A DNA stretch of 64,000 bases from Candidatus Multivorans sp. (GTDB taxonomy: Bacteria; Acidobacteriota; Thermoanaerobaculia; Multivoradales; Multivoraceae): assembly GCA_965224025.1 (NCBI GenBank), contig OZ245033.1, forward strand, positions 3,520,001-3,584,000. Direction: 5' to 3'. The notes beneath the pieces were generated by a model that saw only the letters and a list, made by a program, of their open reading frames with translations, was not told the origin of the DNA and made no database searches. Numbering within the stretch: position 1 is the stretch's first letter; each line of letters begins with the position of its first letter. Position numbers and translations under genes: made by a program. Positions 17,291-25,208 of the stretch are shown here, one piece after another.

Positions 17291-18706
17291 TCAAAGGGTC
17301 TGAAGCGCGTAGAGGGTGTCGCTGGTTGCGAGGTACAGGACCGAGCCTTCAACCGCCGGCGACGTGTAGACCGCCAGTGGCATGACGTTCTCCGCAAGCA
17401 CGTCGAGCGTCCGGCCGCTCCGCAGGACCGCCACGTCGCCCTCCGTGTCGGCCGCGTAGACCTTGCCGTCCGCGACCAGTGGCGAACTCCAGAACGGCGC
17501 CAGGGCATCGTAGACCCAGAGCTTCTCGCCGGTAGTCGCGTCGAGAGCGAACAGGAAGCCGTTCAGGTCCGCCGCGTAGACGATGCCGCCGGCCACCGCC
17601 ACGGTAGCGATCGCACGGCCGAAGTCCGGGTCCTCGAATCGCCACCGGACGCCGCTTGCGGTGACGTCGCCGCTGCCGGCGGCGTCGATTGCCCACAGGA
17701 CGCCCGGCCGCAAGGAAACCTCCGGATCCCGGCCCATGGCGATGTAGACCGTGTCCTTGTGCAGGACGGGCGTTGCCACGAAGGCGTGACGACTTGCGCC
17801 GCGCGCGGCGCTCGTGGTGCCGTCAGCGCCCCGGGCCGCGTTGCCGTCGAACCGCCACTGGGCCTTGCTGGTGGCCGGATCGAACGCGTACAACGAGCCG
17901 TCGCCGCCCGGGAAGATCACCTGCTCGCGGTCGTCCACCCGGCCATACGCCGGGCTCCCCCACTGGCCGTCGATCAGGCCGGGCCCGGGGCTGGCGTCGC
18001 TCCACACCAGATTGCCGGTCGACCGCTCCACCGCGACGAAGCTGGGTGCGTCCGGGGCAGGCACCTGCCCGTCATCCGTGACCCCGTTGCTGGTCGACGC
18101 GAACACGAGGGCTCCCAAGGCAAGCGGCGTCGAGGCCGCCATGTGCTTCGGGAACACGCCCCACTCCGCCAGCATGTCGAGCGACCAGGCGGCGTTGCCT
18201 GCCAGGTCCACCGCCGTGAGCTGGCCCCGGTTGGAGACGTAGTAGAGCCGCTCGCCGTCGAACGAAGGCGTCGAACAGACGCCCTGCAACGGCCAGTCGT
18301 TCGCCTCCCCCGTCTCCAGCTTCTCGTGGATGATCTGCCAGCGGAAACTGCCGTCACGCCGGTTGAAGGCCATGAGCACGCCGCGGTCTCCCGTCACGGA
18401 GGGATCGCGAGGGCGCTCGTTGTTCGTGCCCACCACGATCAGGTCGCCGGCGATGGTCGGACCGCCGTAGGTCACGGTGCCGAGCCCGGCGGACCAGAGG
18501 ACGTTCTCACCCGAAGAGACGTCCCAGGAGACCGGGAGGTTCTCGGCCTCTGCTACGCGATTACGCCCGGGGTTCGGATCGTCGGCGCCTGAGGCCGCAA
18601 CCGGCGTCGAGACCGCCAGGACGGCGACGAGCCGCGTGGCGGTCGCGCGACCCAACGTAAAGCCCACTTTCCATCTGGACGTCCGAACGGAAAACAGACC
18701 TTCCAT
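17291..18706 (-). CDS. PQQ-like beta-propeller protein, paralogue of 15737-17176
   Basis: Collinear motifs GTNNE, NDWPLQGVCSTP, YYVSNR, FPGGDG shared with its neighbour. Start uncertain. Confidence 0.88.
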   Translation of the reverse strand: MEGLFSVRTSRWKVGFTLGRATATRLVAVLAVSTPVAASGADDPNPGRNRVAEAENLPVSWDVSSGENVLWSAGLGTVTYGGPTIAGDLIVVGTNNERPRDPSVTGDRGVLMAFNRRDGSFRWQIIHEKLETGEANDWPLQGVCSTPSFDGERLYYVSNRGQLTAVDLAGNAAWSLDMLAEWGVFPKHMAASTPLALGALVFASTSNGVTDDGQVPAPDAPSFVAVERSTGNLVWSDASPGPGLIDGQWGSPAYGRVDDREQVIFPGGDGSLYAFDPATSKAQWRFDGNAARGADGTTSAARGASRHAFVATPVLHKDTVYIAMGRDPEVSLRPGVLWAIDAAGSGDVTASGVRWRFEDPDFGRAIATVAVAGGIVYAADLNGFLFALDATTGEKLWVYDALAPFWSSPLVADGKVYAADTEGDVAVLRSGRTLDVLAENVMPLAVYTSPAVEGSVLYLATSDTLYALQTL

Positions 18707-18740
18707 CCGGCCGTCTCATCGACCGGGTCGCGGAGTGCCC

Positions 18741-19844
18741 TCAGGCATCCGTCAACCGCGGCGTGATGACTCCCAGTTCCACCGACGTCTCAACCACCGC
18801 CTGGATCGTGTCCTCCACGGGCCGGATCGTGGCGCCGAGGACCGACATGGCCTTCCGGCAGTGGTTGACGGTCTTCGGCCGGGGCGGTTCGCCGCCCTCC
18901 GGCGCCGCGGGCTCGCCGACGACGAAGGAGGGGAAGGCCTCCCGGATGATGTCGGCGACTTCGGTGCCTAGACGCAGCGCCGAACGGCCGCCGCTGCCGT
19001 GCAGGATGTAGCGGCTGCCGCCATCGGTGGCCCGGTGGTCCACCGGCGACTCGGCGGCCAGCCGTTCCGCCTTCACCAGGTCGCGTACGTCGATGATGTT
19101 GTAGTACATGTCGTACGGAGTCGGCCACGAGGGCGCCAGCCCCGCCGCCAACCGCCCGATCTGCTCGATCCACTGGCCGACCTGGGCCTTGAACAGGATG
19201 GGTCCGCAGATCATCGCCGGGTTCATCGTGACCACGTCCCAGCGACCGCCGCTGTCGTCCGCGGACTGGTTCAGCAGCCGCTCCGTGTCCACCTTGCTGC
19301 GGGCGTACGATTGCCGCGGGTGGTGCCAGACCTCCTCCGGGAAGTTGTCGGAAGCCCAGTGCGTCTCCGTCCACGCGTAGCCCGGAGGTTGCGGCGGCGC
19401 CCCCAGGCCCGAGACCGCCGCCAGCGAGCTCGTGTAGACGACGCGCTTCACGCTGCCGCTCCGGTTCACCGAGTCGATCACGTTCCGGGTACCGGCCATG
19501 CCGCCCTCGTAGACGTCCGTGGAGACGTCGCCCGAGCCCAACGGCTGCGACTTGCCGTCGGCCGAGTTGCCGAGCACCGCGGCGACGTGGAACACCCCCG
19601 CGCACCCGGCGAACGCGTCGTCGTACGACCCGGGCACGAACAGGTCGCAACCGTCCACGATCTCGACGTTCGGCAAACGACTCAGGTACTGCACGCAGTC
19701 CCGGCCGCGCCAGGAATCCGCGTTGCGCAGGCAGGCTCGTACCTGGTAGCCGTGAAGGACGAGTTCGCGCACCATGTGGCCGCCGGTGAAGCCGGAGCAG
19801 CCGGTGACGGCAACGGGGCCGTCGTGGGGAGAGATGGCGGTCAA
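18741..19844 (-). CDS. NAD-dependent epimerase/dehydratase (extended SDR, dihydroflavonol-reductase-like)
   Basis: VTGCSGFTG, VFHVA, YTSS, YARSK (YxxxK). TTG start inferred. Confidence 0.87.
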   Translation of the reverse strand: MTAISPHDGPVAVTGCSGFTGGHMVRELVLHGYQVRACLRNADSWRGRDCVQYLSRLPNVEIVDGCDLFVPGSYDDAFAGCAGVFHVAAVLGNSADGKSQPLGSGDVSTDVYEGGMAGTRNVIDSVNRSGSVKRVVYTSSLAAVSGLGAPPQPPGYAWTETHWASDNFPEEVWHHPRQSYARSKVDTERLLNQSADDSGGRWDVVTMNPAMICGPILFKAQVGQWIEQIGRLAAGLAPSWPTPYDMYYNIIDVRDLVKAERLAAESPVDHRATDGGSRYILHGSGGRSALRLGTEVADIIREAFPSFVVGEPAAPEGGEPPRPKTVNHCRKAMSVLGATIRPVEDTIQAVVETSVELGVITPRLTDA

Positions 19845-19866
19845 TGACGCGATGACCTCTCGGAAT

Positions 19867-20292
19867 CTACTCCGCCGGTTCCAGTTCGTGCGACACCATC
19901 CAGTTGACGCCGAAGCGGTCGGTGCACATCCCGAAGTAGGAGCCCCAGAACGTCTCTTCCATCGGCATCGTCGCCGCGCCTCCATCCGACAGCCCGGCGT
20001 GGAGCGCATCGGCCTGTTCGCGGTTCTCCGCCGCCACCGAGATCGAGAAGTTGTTGCCGACCTGAAGCGGCGGCCCGAACTGCGGGCTGCTGTCGCTGCC
20101 CATGAGGACGCTGTCGCCGACCGGAAGCGAGACGTGCATGACGCGATCCTTCTCGTCGTCTCCCACCCCCATGTCGTCCGGCCCTTCGCCGAAGGTCGTG
20201 AAGACCTGGTACTCGCCGCCAAAGACGGAGCGGTAGAACTCGAACGCGTCCCGGCAGTTGCCGTCGAAGGTCAGGTAGGTGCTGAGCGCCAT
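19867..20292 (-). CDS. VOC family protein (PhnB/YjdN-like)
   Basis: YLTFDGNCRDAFEFY, VMHVSL, TFWGSYFGMCTDRFGVNW. Confidence 0.9.
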   Translation of the reverse strand: MALSTYLTFDGNCRDAFEFYRSVFGGEYQVFTTFGEGPDDMGVGDDEKDRVMHVSLPVGDSVLMGSDSSPQFGPPLQVGNNFSISVAAENREQADALHAGLSDGGAATMPMEETFWGSYFGMCTDRFGVNWMVSHELEPAE

Positions 20293-20429
20293 GGAAGTTC
20301 TCCTATCGGGAAGGTGCGCGGATAGGAACACGCGTTCCCTTCCCGGTGTCGCGGGGCGGCGGGGAGTCTACGTCAAGCTCGGCCCCACCCTGAACGTAGC
20401 GCCCGTAGCACTGACCGCGTCGGTGGAAT

Positions 20430-20669
20430 TCAAGCTCGCCGAGGCGAATCCACCTCGAACTCCTTTCGAGCGACCCCGGACTGCCGAATGATCGCGCGCA
20501 AGGTCCCGACGGCCAGCTCACGGTGATCCGGCACGGGGACCGTCACGACATCGCCTTCATCCCTCTTCTGCATGACGACGTGACTGCCCTTCCTACGGAC
20601 GGGAGCGAACCCGCTTCGCTTGAGGATGCGCCGAACCTCTGCACCGGACAGCCGGCGCAATCTACCCAA
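20430..20669 (-). CDS. hicA: HicA family toxin
   Basis: LKRSGF...RRKGSHVVM...VPVPDH...GTLRAIIRQSG. Confidence 0.88.
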   Translation of the reverse strand: MGRLRRLSGAEVRRILKRSGFAPVRRKGSHVVMQKRDEGDVVTVPVPDHRELAVGTLRAIIRQSGVARKEFEVDSPRRA

Positions 20670-20883
20670 CGGCGACGTCCAGATTCGTCACGTACACCTC
20701 GGGGCGGTAGCGCCGCTCCTGTTCTTCGGCCGGCGCCTCCTCGAAGAACAATTCGAGCGCCTCCTGGAGGTTTTTTCTCGCTTCGCTGACTGACGCACCC
20801 TGACTCGCGATGTCGAACTCCGGACACAATGCCACGAAGAGTTCGTCCTCTCGCTCGATGATCGCCGTCAGAGTCCGGTTCAT
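20662..20883 (-). CDS. hicB: Short HicB family antitoxin
   Basis: FVALCPEFDIASQGASVSEARKNLQEALELF. Overlaps the hicA start, no DNA-binding domain. Confidence 0.88.
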   Translation of the reverse strand: MNRTLTAIIEREDELFVALCPEFDIASQGASVSEARKNLQEALELFFEEAPAEEQERRYRPEVYVTNLDVAVG

Positions 20884-20972
20884 AGCTACTCTCCGGGTCG
20901 GTTCATGGGCCGCTAAGGCCCGTACCGGCAGTATACGGCCCGCCTCGCCCTACCCACTGGTCGTCAACTGCG

Positions 20973-23219
20973 TCAGCAGGCCAAGTCGTCCAGGAACTCC
21001 GACGCCGGGTCGACCCCGGTTACCAGCAGGCGGTCGCGCGCCCGAGTGCAGGCAACGTAGAGCAAGTGCCGTTCCGTGTTGTAGACATCCTCCAGATCAG
21101 CCTCATCGGCGACGTTCTCGATCCTGGCTTGCAGCGGCACCACTTCGTCGTCGCATGCCATGACGGCGACGGCCCGGAACTCCAGTCCCTTGGCCCGGTG
21201 CATGGTGCCGATTGCGACTCGAACCGGGACGAAGTCGACCTGGGAGGCCTCCGCACTCCTCCCAGTGACCACAGCGGACTCGCCCGCGTCAAGGCGAACG
21301 GCCTGCAGACCAGCCGCTTCCACTGCTCGGATAGCCCGCTCGATCTCGCCCGATGACCGGACAAAGAGCCCAGTGGCCCCGCGACCGTGGCCGGTCTCGA
21401 CGGTTTCGTTGCCGGCCAGCGACAACTCACGAAGCCAGTCGCCAACCGCAGCGGTCTCCTCGGCCTCCGATCCGTAGATGCGAATCTCGGGTTCGGGGCC
21501 GTTGAACACTGAAACCGTGCCGCGCCGGTCCTCCTCGATGCCGTCGACATCCGCGATCTTGGCGGGGAGCAGGAGATCGGCCTGCCGGCGAATCTGATGC
21601 GACGTGCGGTAGTTCACCCGCAAGGTCCGAGACCGCCCCCGGACGTCGACTCCGAGCTTCCGCCAGGAGAACGGAGCACGGAAGATGCGCTGGCCGAGAT
21701 CGCCGGAGAAGAACAGGCCGTTCGGCCGGTCTTCGCTGAGCGCGGCCAGGAACCGGAGTTCAGCCACGCTGGCGTCCTGGGCCTCGTCGATCACGCAGTA
21801 GTCGAAGGGAGACCTCGGCGTCTGGTTGAAGTGGGCCTCCAGCCGGCCGAACATGGCAGCCGTCGTCAGGAGATCCCGACGTTCCAGTTCATCGCGCACC
21901 CTGGCGAAGATTCCCCAGAGCACCTTCCGATGGGCTTCCGCCAGCCGCGTGCGACGACCGAGCCGCGGAACCTCGCGGTACTCGTCCCAGTTCTTCAACT
22001 GCCAGGCATCGACCACGCTGCTCCACTCCGCCCAGAGGAAGCGAGTCGAGAAGCGGTGCTCCGGCACTTCCGTCGCGGCGCGCCGCAGCAACTCCCGCTG
22101 CTGTTCTTCGGACGCCGGCTTGAGGCCGCCGATGTTGAGTCGATAGAGGCGTTGAGCGAGGCCCGCCATCGAATGCACTTCGATCCGTTCACCCAGGCGA
22201 GGCCGGTTGCCGATGAGGATCCGCAGGCGGCTGCGCAGGGCTTCGGCAAGGGGCTCGGAAAACGTAGCCAGGAGCACGCGCGCGTCGGCTTCCGACTCGG
22301 CCAGGTGAACGGCACGATGGAGCGCGACGATCGTCTTGCCCGTGCCAGCCGATCCCGCGACGCGGGCGGGGCCGCCGTAGTCCCGCTCCACCAGCTCTCT
22401 CTGCGCGGGATGCAGGAAGACCGCCCACTTCTCCCAGGGAACCTCCAGCGCCCGCTCCAGTTCCTCGCGGTCGGTCACGACGCGGAAGCGGCGCTCGGCA
22501 TCCGGGTGGGAGAACTCGTCGGCAGCGGGTGGCAATGGCGCCGGAACCTGAGGCGTTCCGCCGGTCGCCAGCTCAAGCAGTGCCTCCGCGGCTTCCGCCG
22601 GGAGATGGTCGGCCAGTTCAAGCAGCGTGTCTTCCGTGGCGGACTTGGCGTCTTCAAGCCAATCCGGCGGCACCCCGTAGACCAAGAGCTCGTCGTCGGT
22701 CTTGTCGGCGAAGATCACCGCTCCGGCCGGCTGCTCGTCCGGGCCGGCCTCGGGCGTCGTCTCGGGAAGCGTCTCTTCTTCGGCTCCACTCGAGTCCGAC
22801 GGAGGCCCAAGCTGTACACCCTCCGCCGTGCCGGGTGTTGCGGCCCAAGGCGGCGACTCGTAGCGCGGCGCCTCGACCTTCCGCACGATCTCCCGAATCT
22901 CCACCAACTGGGCCGCGCCGGTCCGAGGATGCCGCTCCAGTCGGCGCTGCTCGGCCCAGCGGTAAGCCTGGTCGTGATGGTCGACGTAGCAGATCAGGAA
23001 GCTCGACGACGTGCGATGGACGATGATCCGCAGATCGCGGCCCGCCCGCACGGACCAGAAGTTCCGGTCCCGCGCCGAGCCCACCCGGTGCAGCCGCAGA
23101 CCCGGGCGCGACGGGTCCACCTGGAGGTCGAACGCCGTCGTCTTCGCTGCCTTCTGCTCATCGGCGCGAAGCCTCGACAAGCTGTCGGTGAACGTGTCTG
23201 CGATCCGGAACTCCACCAC
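20973..23219 (-). CDS. UvrD/SF1 helicase with N-terminal RelE/ParE-like domain
   Basis: GSAGTGKT, IDEAQD, GDLGQRI, NYRT, TMHRAKGLEF, LLYVACTRAR. N-terminal FWSVRAGRDLRIIV...YVDHHDQAY is RelE-like. Confidence 0.87.
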   Translation of the reverse strand: MVEFRIADTFTDSLSRLRADEQKAAKTTAFDLQVDPSRPGLRLHRVGSARDRNFWSVRAGRDLRIIVHRTSSSFLICYVDHHDQAYRWAEQRRLERHPRTGAAQLVEIREIVRKVEAPRYESPPWAATPGTAEGVQLGPPSDSSGAEEETLPETTPEAGPDEQPAGAVIFADKTDDELLVYGVPPDWLEDAKSATEDTLLELADHLPAEAAEALLELATGGTPQVPAPLPPAADEFSHPDAERRFRVVTDREELERALEVPWEKWAVFLHPAQRELVERDYGGPARVAGSAGTGKTIVALHRAVHLAESEADARVLLATFSEPLAEALRSRLRILIGNRPRLGERIEVHSMAGLAQRLYRLNIGGLKPASEEQQRELLRRAATEVPEHRFSTRFLWAEWSSVVDAWQLKNWDEYREVPRLGRRTRLAEAHRKVLWGIFARVRDELERRDLLTTAAMFGRLEAHFNQTPRSPFDYCVIDEAQDASVAELRFLAALSEDRPNGLFFSGDLGQRIFRAPFSWRKLGVDVRGRSRTLRVNYRTSHQIRRQADLLLPAKIADVDGIEEDRRGTVSVFNGPEPEIRIYGSEAEETAAVGDWLRELSLAGNETVETGHGRGATGLFVRSSGEIERAIRAVEAAGLQAVRLDAGESAVVTGRSAEASQVDFVPVRVAIGTMHRAKGLEFRAVAVMACDDEVVPLQARIENVADEADLEDVYNTERHLLYVACTRARDRLLVTGVDPASEFLDDLAC

Positions 23220-23230
23220 GGAGAGGGACT

Positions 23231-23929
23231 CTAGCCTCCGCCCAGCTCCTCCAAGCGCTCAAGCCATCCATGCAGGTGAGGGCACTCGCCACGAATCGTG
23301 TCGAGCCCGATGTGCAGCACACCCAGGTTCCCCATCAGCGGCTTTTCGTACGACGGAAGGAGGTGCAGGATCCGTTTCGACGGTGCGGTCTCCTGACTGT
23401 CGTCAATGTCCTCGGGCGTTCCGAAAGCTCCACGGATCTCCTCGAGCGGAGCTGTGAGATGGGCGTGCCCGATGGCACTCGCGAACCCGGAACAGTCGCT
23501 GAACAGCATCGCCTCGAACTCGTGCATCATCACGTACGGTACGAAGCGACGTCGATTGAAGCTGTTTCCCATCTCCGCGGCGACCGAGTCGCTGAGAGCT
23601 CGTTCCAGCGCTCCAGCTCTCTGTTCGACGGTGCCGCCCACCTTCGAGGCCTCCAGACGGCCCGGCCACTCCCCACGCCCTCTGGCCGGCAGCCCGTAGT
23701 AGTCCACCAGCGTGCCCGCGACACACGCAGGGTCTTGCCTCAGGTGGTTGCAAATCTCCCTTAGCGCAATCGACCACGGACGCACACCGCCTCTTTGACG
23801 GCGCTGACGAGCCGATCCCATCAGTCGGGCCCCCACCGACGAATAGCCCTTGGAAACCAGATGCTCCCGAAGCACCGCGTTCACGAAGGTCTCTTCCGTC
23901 TGGCCCTCGACGTGAAAGAGCAGCCGCAC
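23231..23929 (-). CDS. DUF4276 family (TOPRIM-like) protein
   Basis: HVEGQTEE, LVDYYGLP, HEFEAMLFSD, PEDID, TAPSKRI, ECPHLHGWL. Directly follows the ATPase. Confidence 0.82.
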   Translation of the reverse strand: MRLLFHVEGQTEETFVNAVLREHLVSKGYSSVGARLMGSARQRRQRGGVRPWSIALREICNHLRQDPACVAGTLVDYYGLPARGRGEWPGRLEASKVGGTVEQRAGALERALSDSVAAEMGNSFNRRRFVPYVMMHEFEAMLFSDCSGFASAIGHAHLTAPLEEIRGAFGTPEDIDDSQETAPSKRILHLLPSYEKPLMGNLGVLHIGLDTIRGECPHLHGWLERLEELGGG

Positions 23930-23931
23930 CG

Positions 23932-25152
23932 CTACTCGCTTCCAGGCCTGCCGCCAAGTTCGTTCTTCTCCCAGAGTTGGCCAAGGCTGTAGTCCTTCAG
24001 CCATTCCTCGAGCGGCTCCGACTCCAGGCGCCTCAGTTTTGTCTCTTCGCCCTTCCGTTCGGCAATCAGCACGTCCTCGGGCTCAAAATAGTCGAGCAGT
24101 ATGGGCGACTGCGTGGCCAGGATGACCTGCGTGTCGTTGGAGGCGCTACGGATCATTGATGCTAGAAGCTCGATTGCATACGGATGCAGGCCGAGTTCCG
24201 GCTCGTCAATGAGGATCACCTTCGGCCGCAGCTCCACCGGTTGCAGGAGCAGAGTTGCGAGGGCCATGAAGCGGAGGGTCCCGTCCGACAGTGCCGATGC
24301 TCCAAAGTACTGGTCGGAACCGCGGTGCCGCCACTCAAGCTGGACCGTCTCGGTATTCAGGGCCAGTGGCTCGATCTGAAAGTCCTCGAAGAAGGGTGCG
24401 ACCAAGGATACCGTTCTCCGGATCAGGCTGTAGCTTGCTGGGTGCGTTCGCGCCAGCCGATACAGGTAGGCCGCCAGATTCGCTCCGTCCTCGCGAAAGT
24501 AGCGGTTGTCGTGGAGATCGCAGACCGTCTTGATTGGCGAAGCCGCGCTCGTGTCGTGGAACTGGTAGCGGCGCCAGCTCGCGAGTTGCTCGCGAGCCAG
24601 GCTCCGCGCTCTCTTGGTCAACGACGCAGTTCCCGAGGGCGGGTTCTTGTCCGGTACCGCCGGCATGCTGATCGTCGCCTCACCAGGAGGCGGTTCATCC
24701 GGTCCGGGCCCTGCGTCGAAGGGCTTCGGATGGCGCTCTCGGTCCCAGACGAGGAAGGTCTCGAACACCGTCACTGGCGCAAGGCCGTCGGAGTCGGTTG
24801 CTTCAAGCGGAATCAAGTAGCCGCCGAACCAACTAGGCGCTCCCTGTCGGAACCAGAGTTCGATCAGCACTCGAGATGTGTTCCGGCGCCCGAAGTGTAG
24901 AATTCTCTCTGCGCCGCCCGCTCGGGCCACATAGTCCCGCAAGCGGCCGGACCGAATGGCCTGGAGGAGGGCGAAGACTTCCAGGAAGTTGGACTTCCCC
25001 GACCCGTTCGCACCGATGATGACGTTGATCGGGCGCAGCCGCAGCCCCTTGAACTGGAACGGCTCCGACTGTTCAAGGTACGTTTTACCGCCTAGAGAGC
25101 GGATGCTACGGAAACCGTGAACCGAAATGCTATGAAGTTCGTAGGGCGGCAC
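23932..25152 (-). CDS. ABC-type/AAA_21 ATPase
   Basis: GFRSI, IGANGSGKSN, LSDGTLRF, LIDEPELGLHP, ATQS. Confidence 0.9.
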   Translation of the reverse strand: MPPYELHSISVHGFRSIRSLGGKTYLEQSEPFQFKGLRLRPINVIIGANGSGKSNFLEVFALLQAIRSGRLRDYVARAGGAERILHFGRRNTSRVLIELWFRQGAPSWFGGYLIPLEATDSDGLAPVTVFETFLVWDRERHPKPFDAGPGPDEPPPGEATISMPAVPDKNPPSGTASLTKRARSLAREQLASWRRYQFHDTSAASPIKTVCDLHDNRYFREDGANLAAYLYRLARTHPASYSLIRRTVSLVAPFFEDFQIEPLALNTETVQLEWRHRGSDQYFGASALSDGTLRFMALATLLLQPVELRPKVILIDEPELGLHPYAIELLASMIRSASNDTQVILATQSPILLDYFEPEDVLIAERKGEETKLRRLESEPLEEWLKDYSLGQLWEKNELGGRPGSE

Positions 25153-25208
25153 AGTGGATCTCTTTCTTGGGAAGACGGGCCTCTATATTCCAGTTTGCCG
25201 GAGTCGGC

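Noticed and set aside
14645-18592. 1315-aa plus-strand ORF, and similar long antisense ORFs such as 3983-5992, 29039-32299, 46762-49200, 59645-62281 and 62239-63924
   Set aside because: Shadow frames opposite well-supported genes. High GC3 suppresses stops, and the translations contain no motifs.
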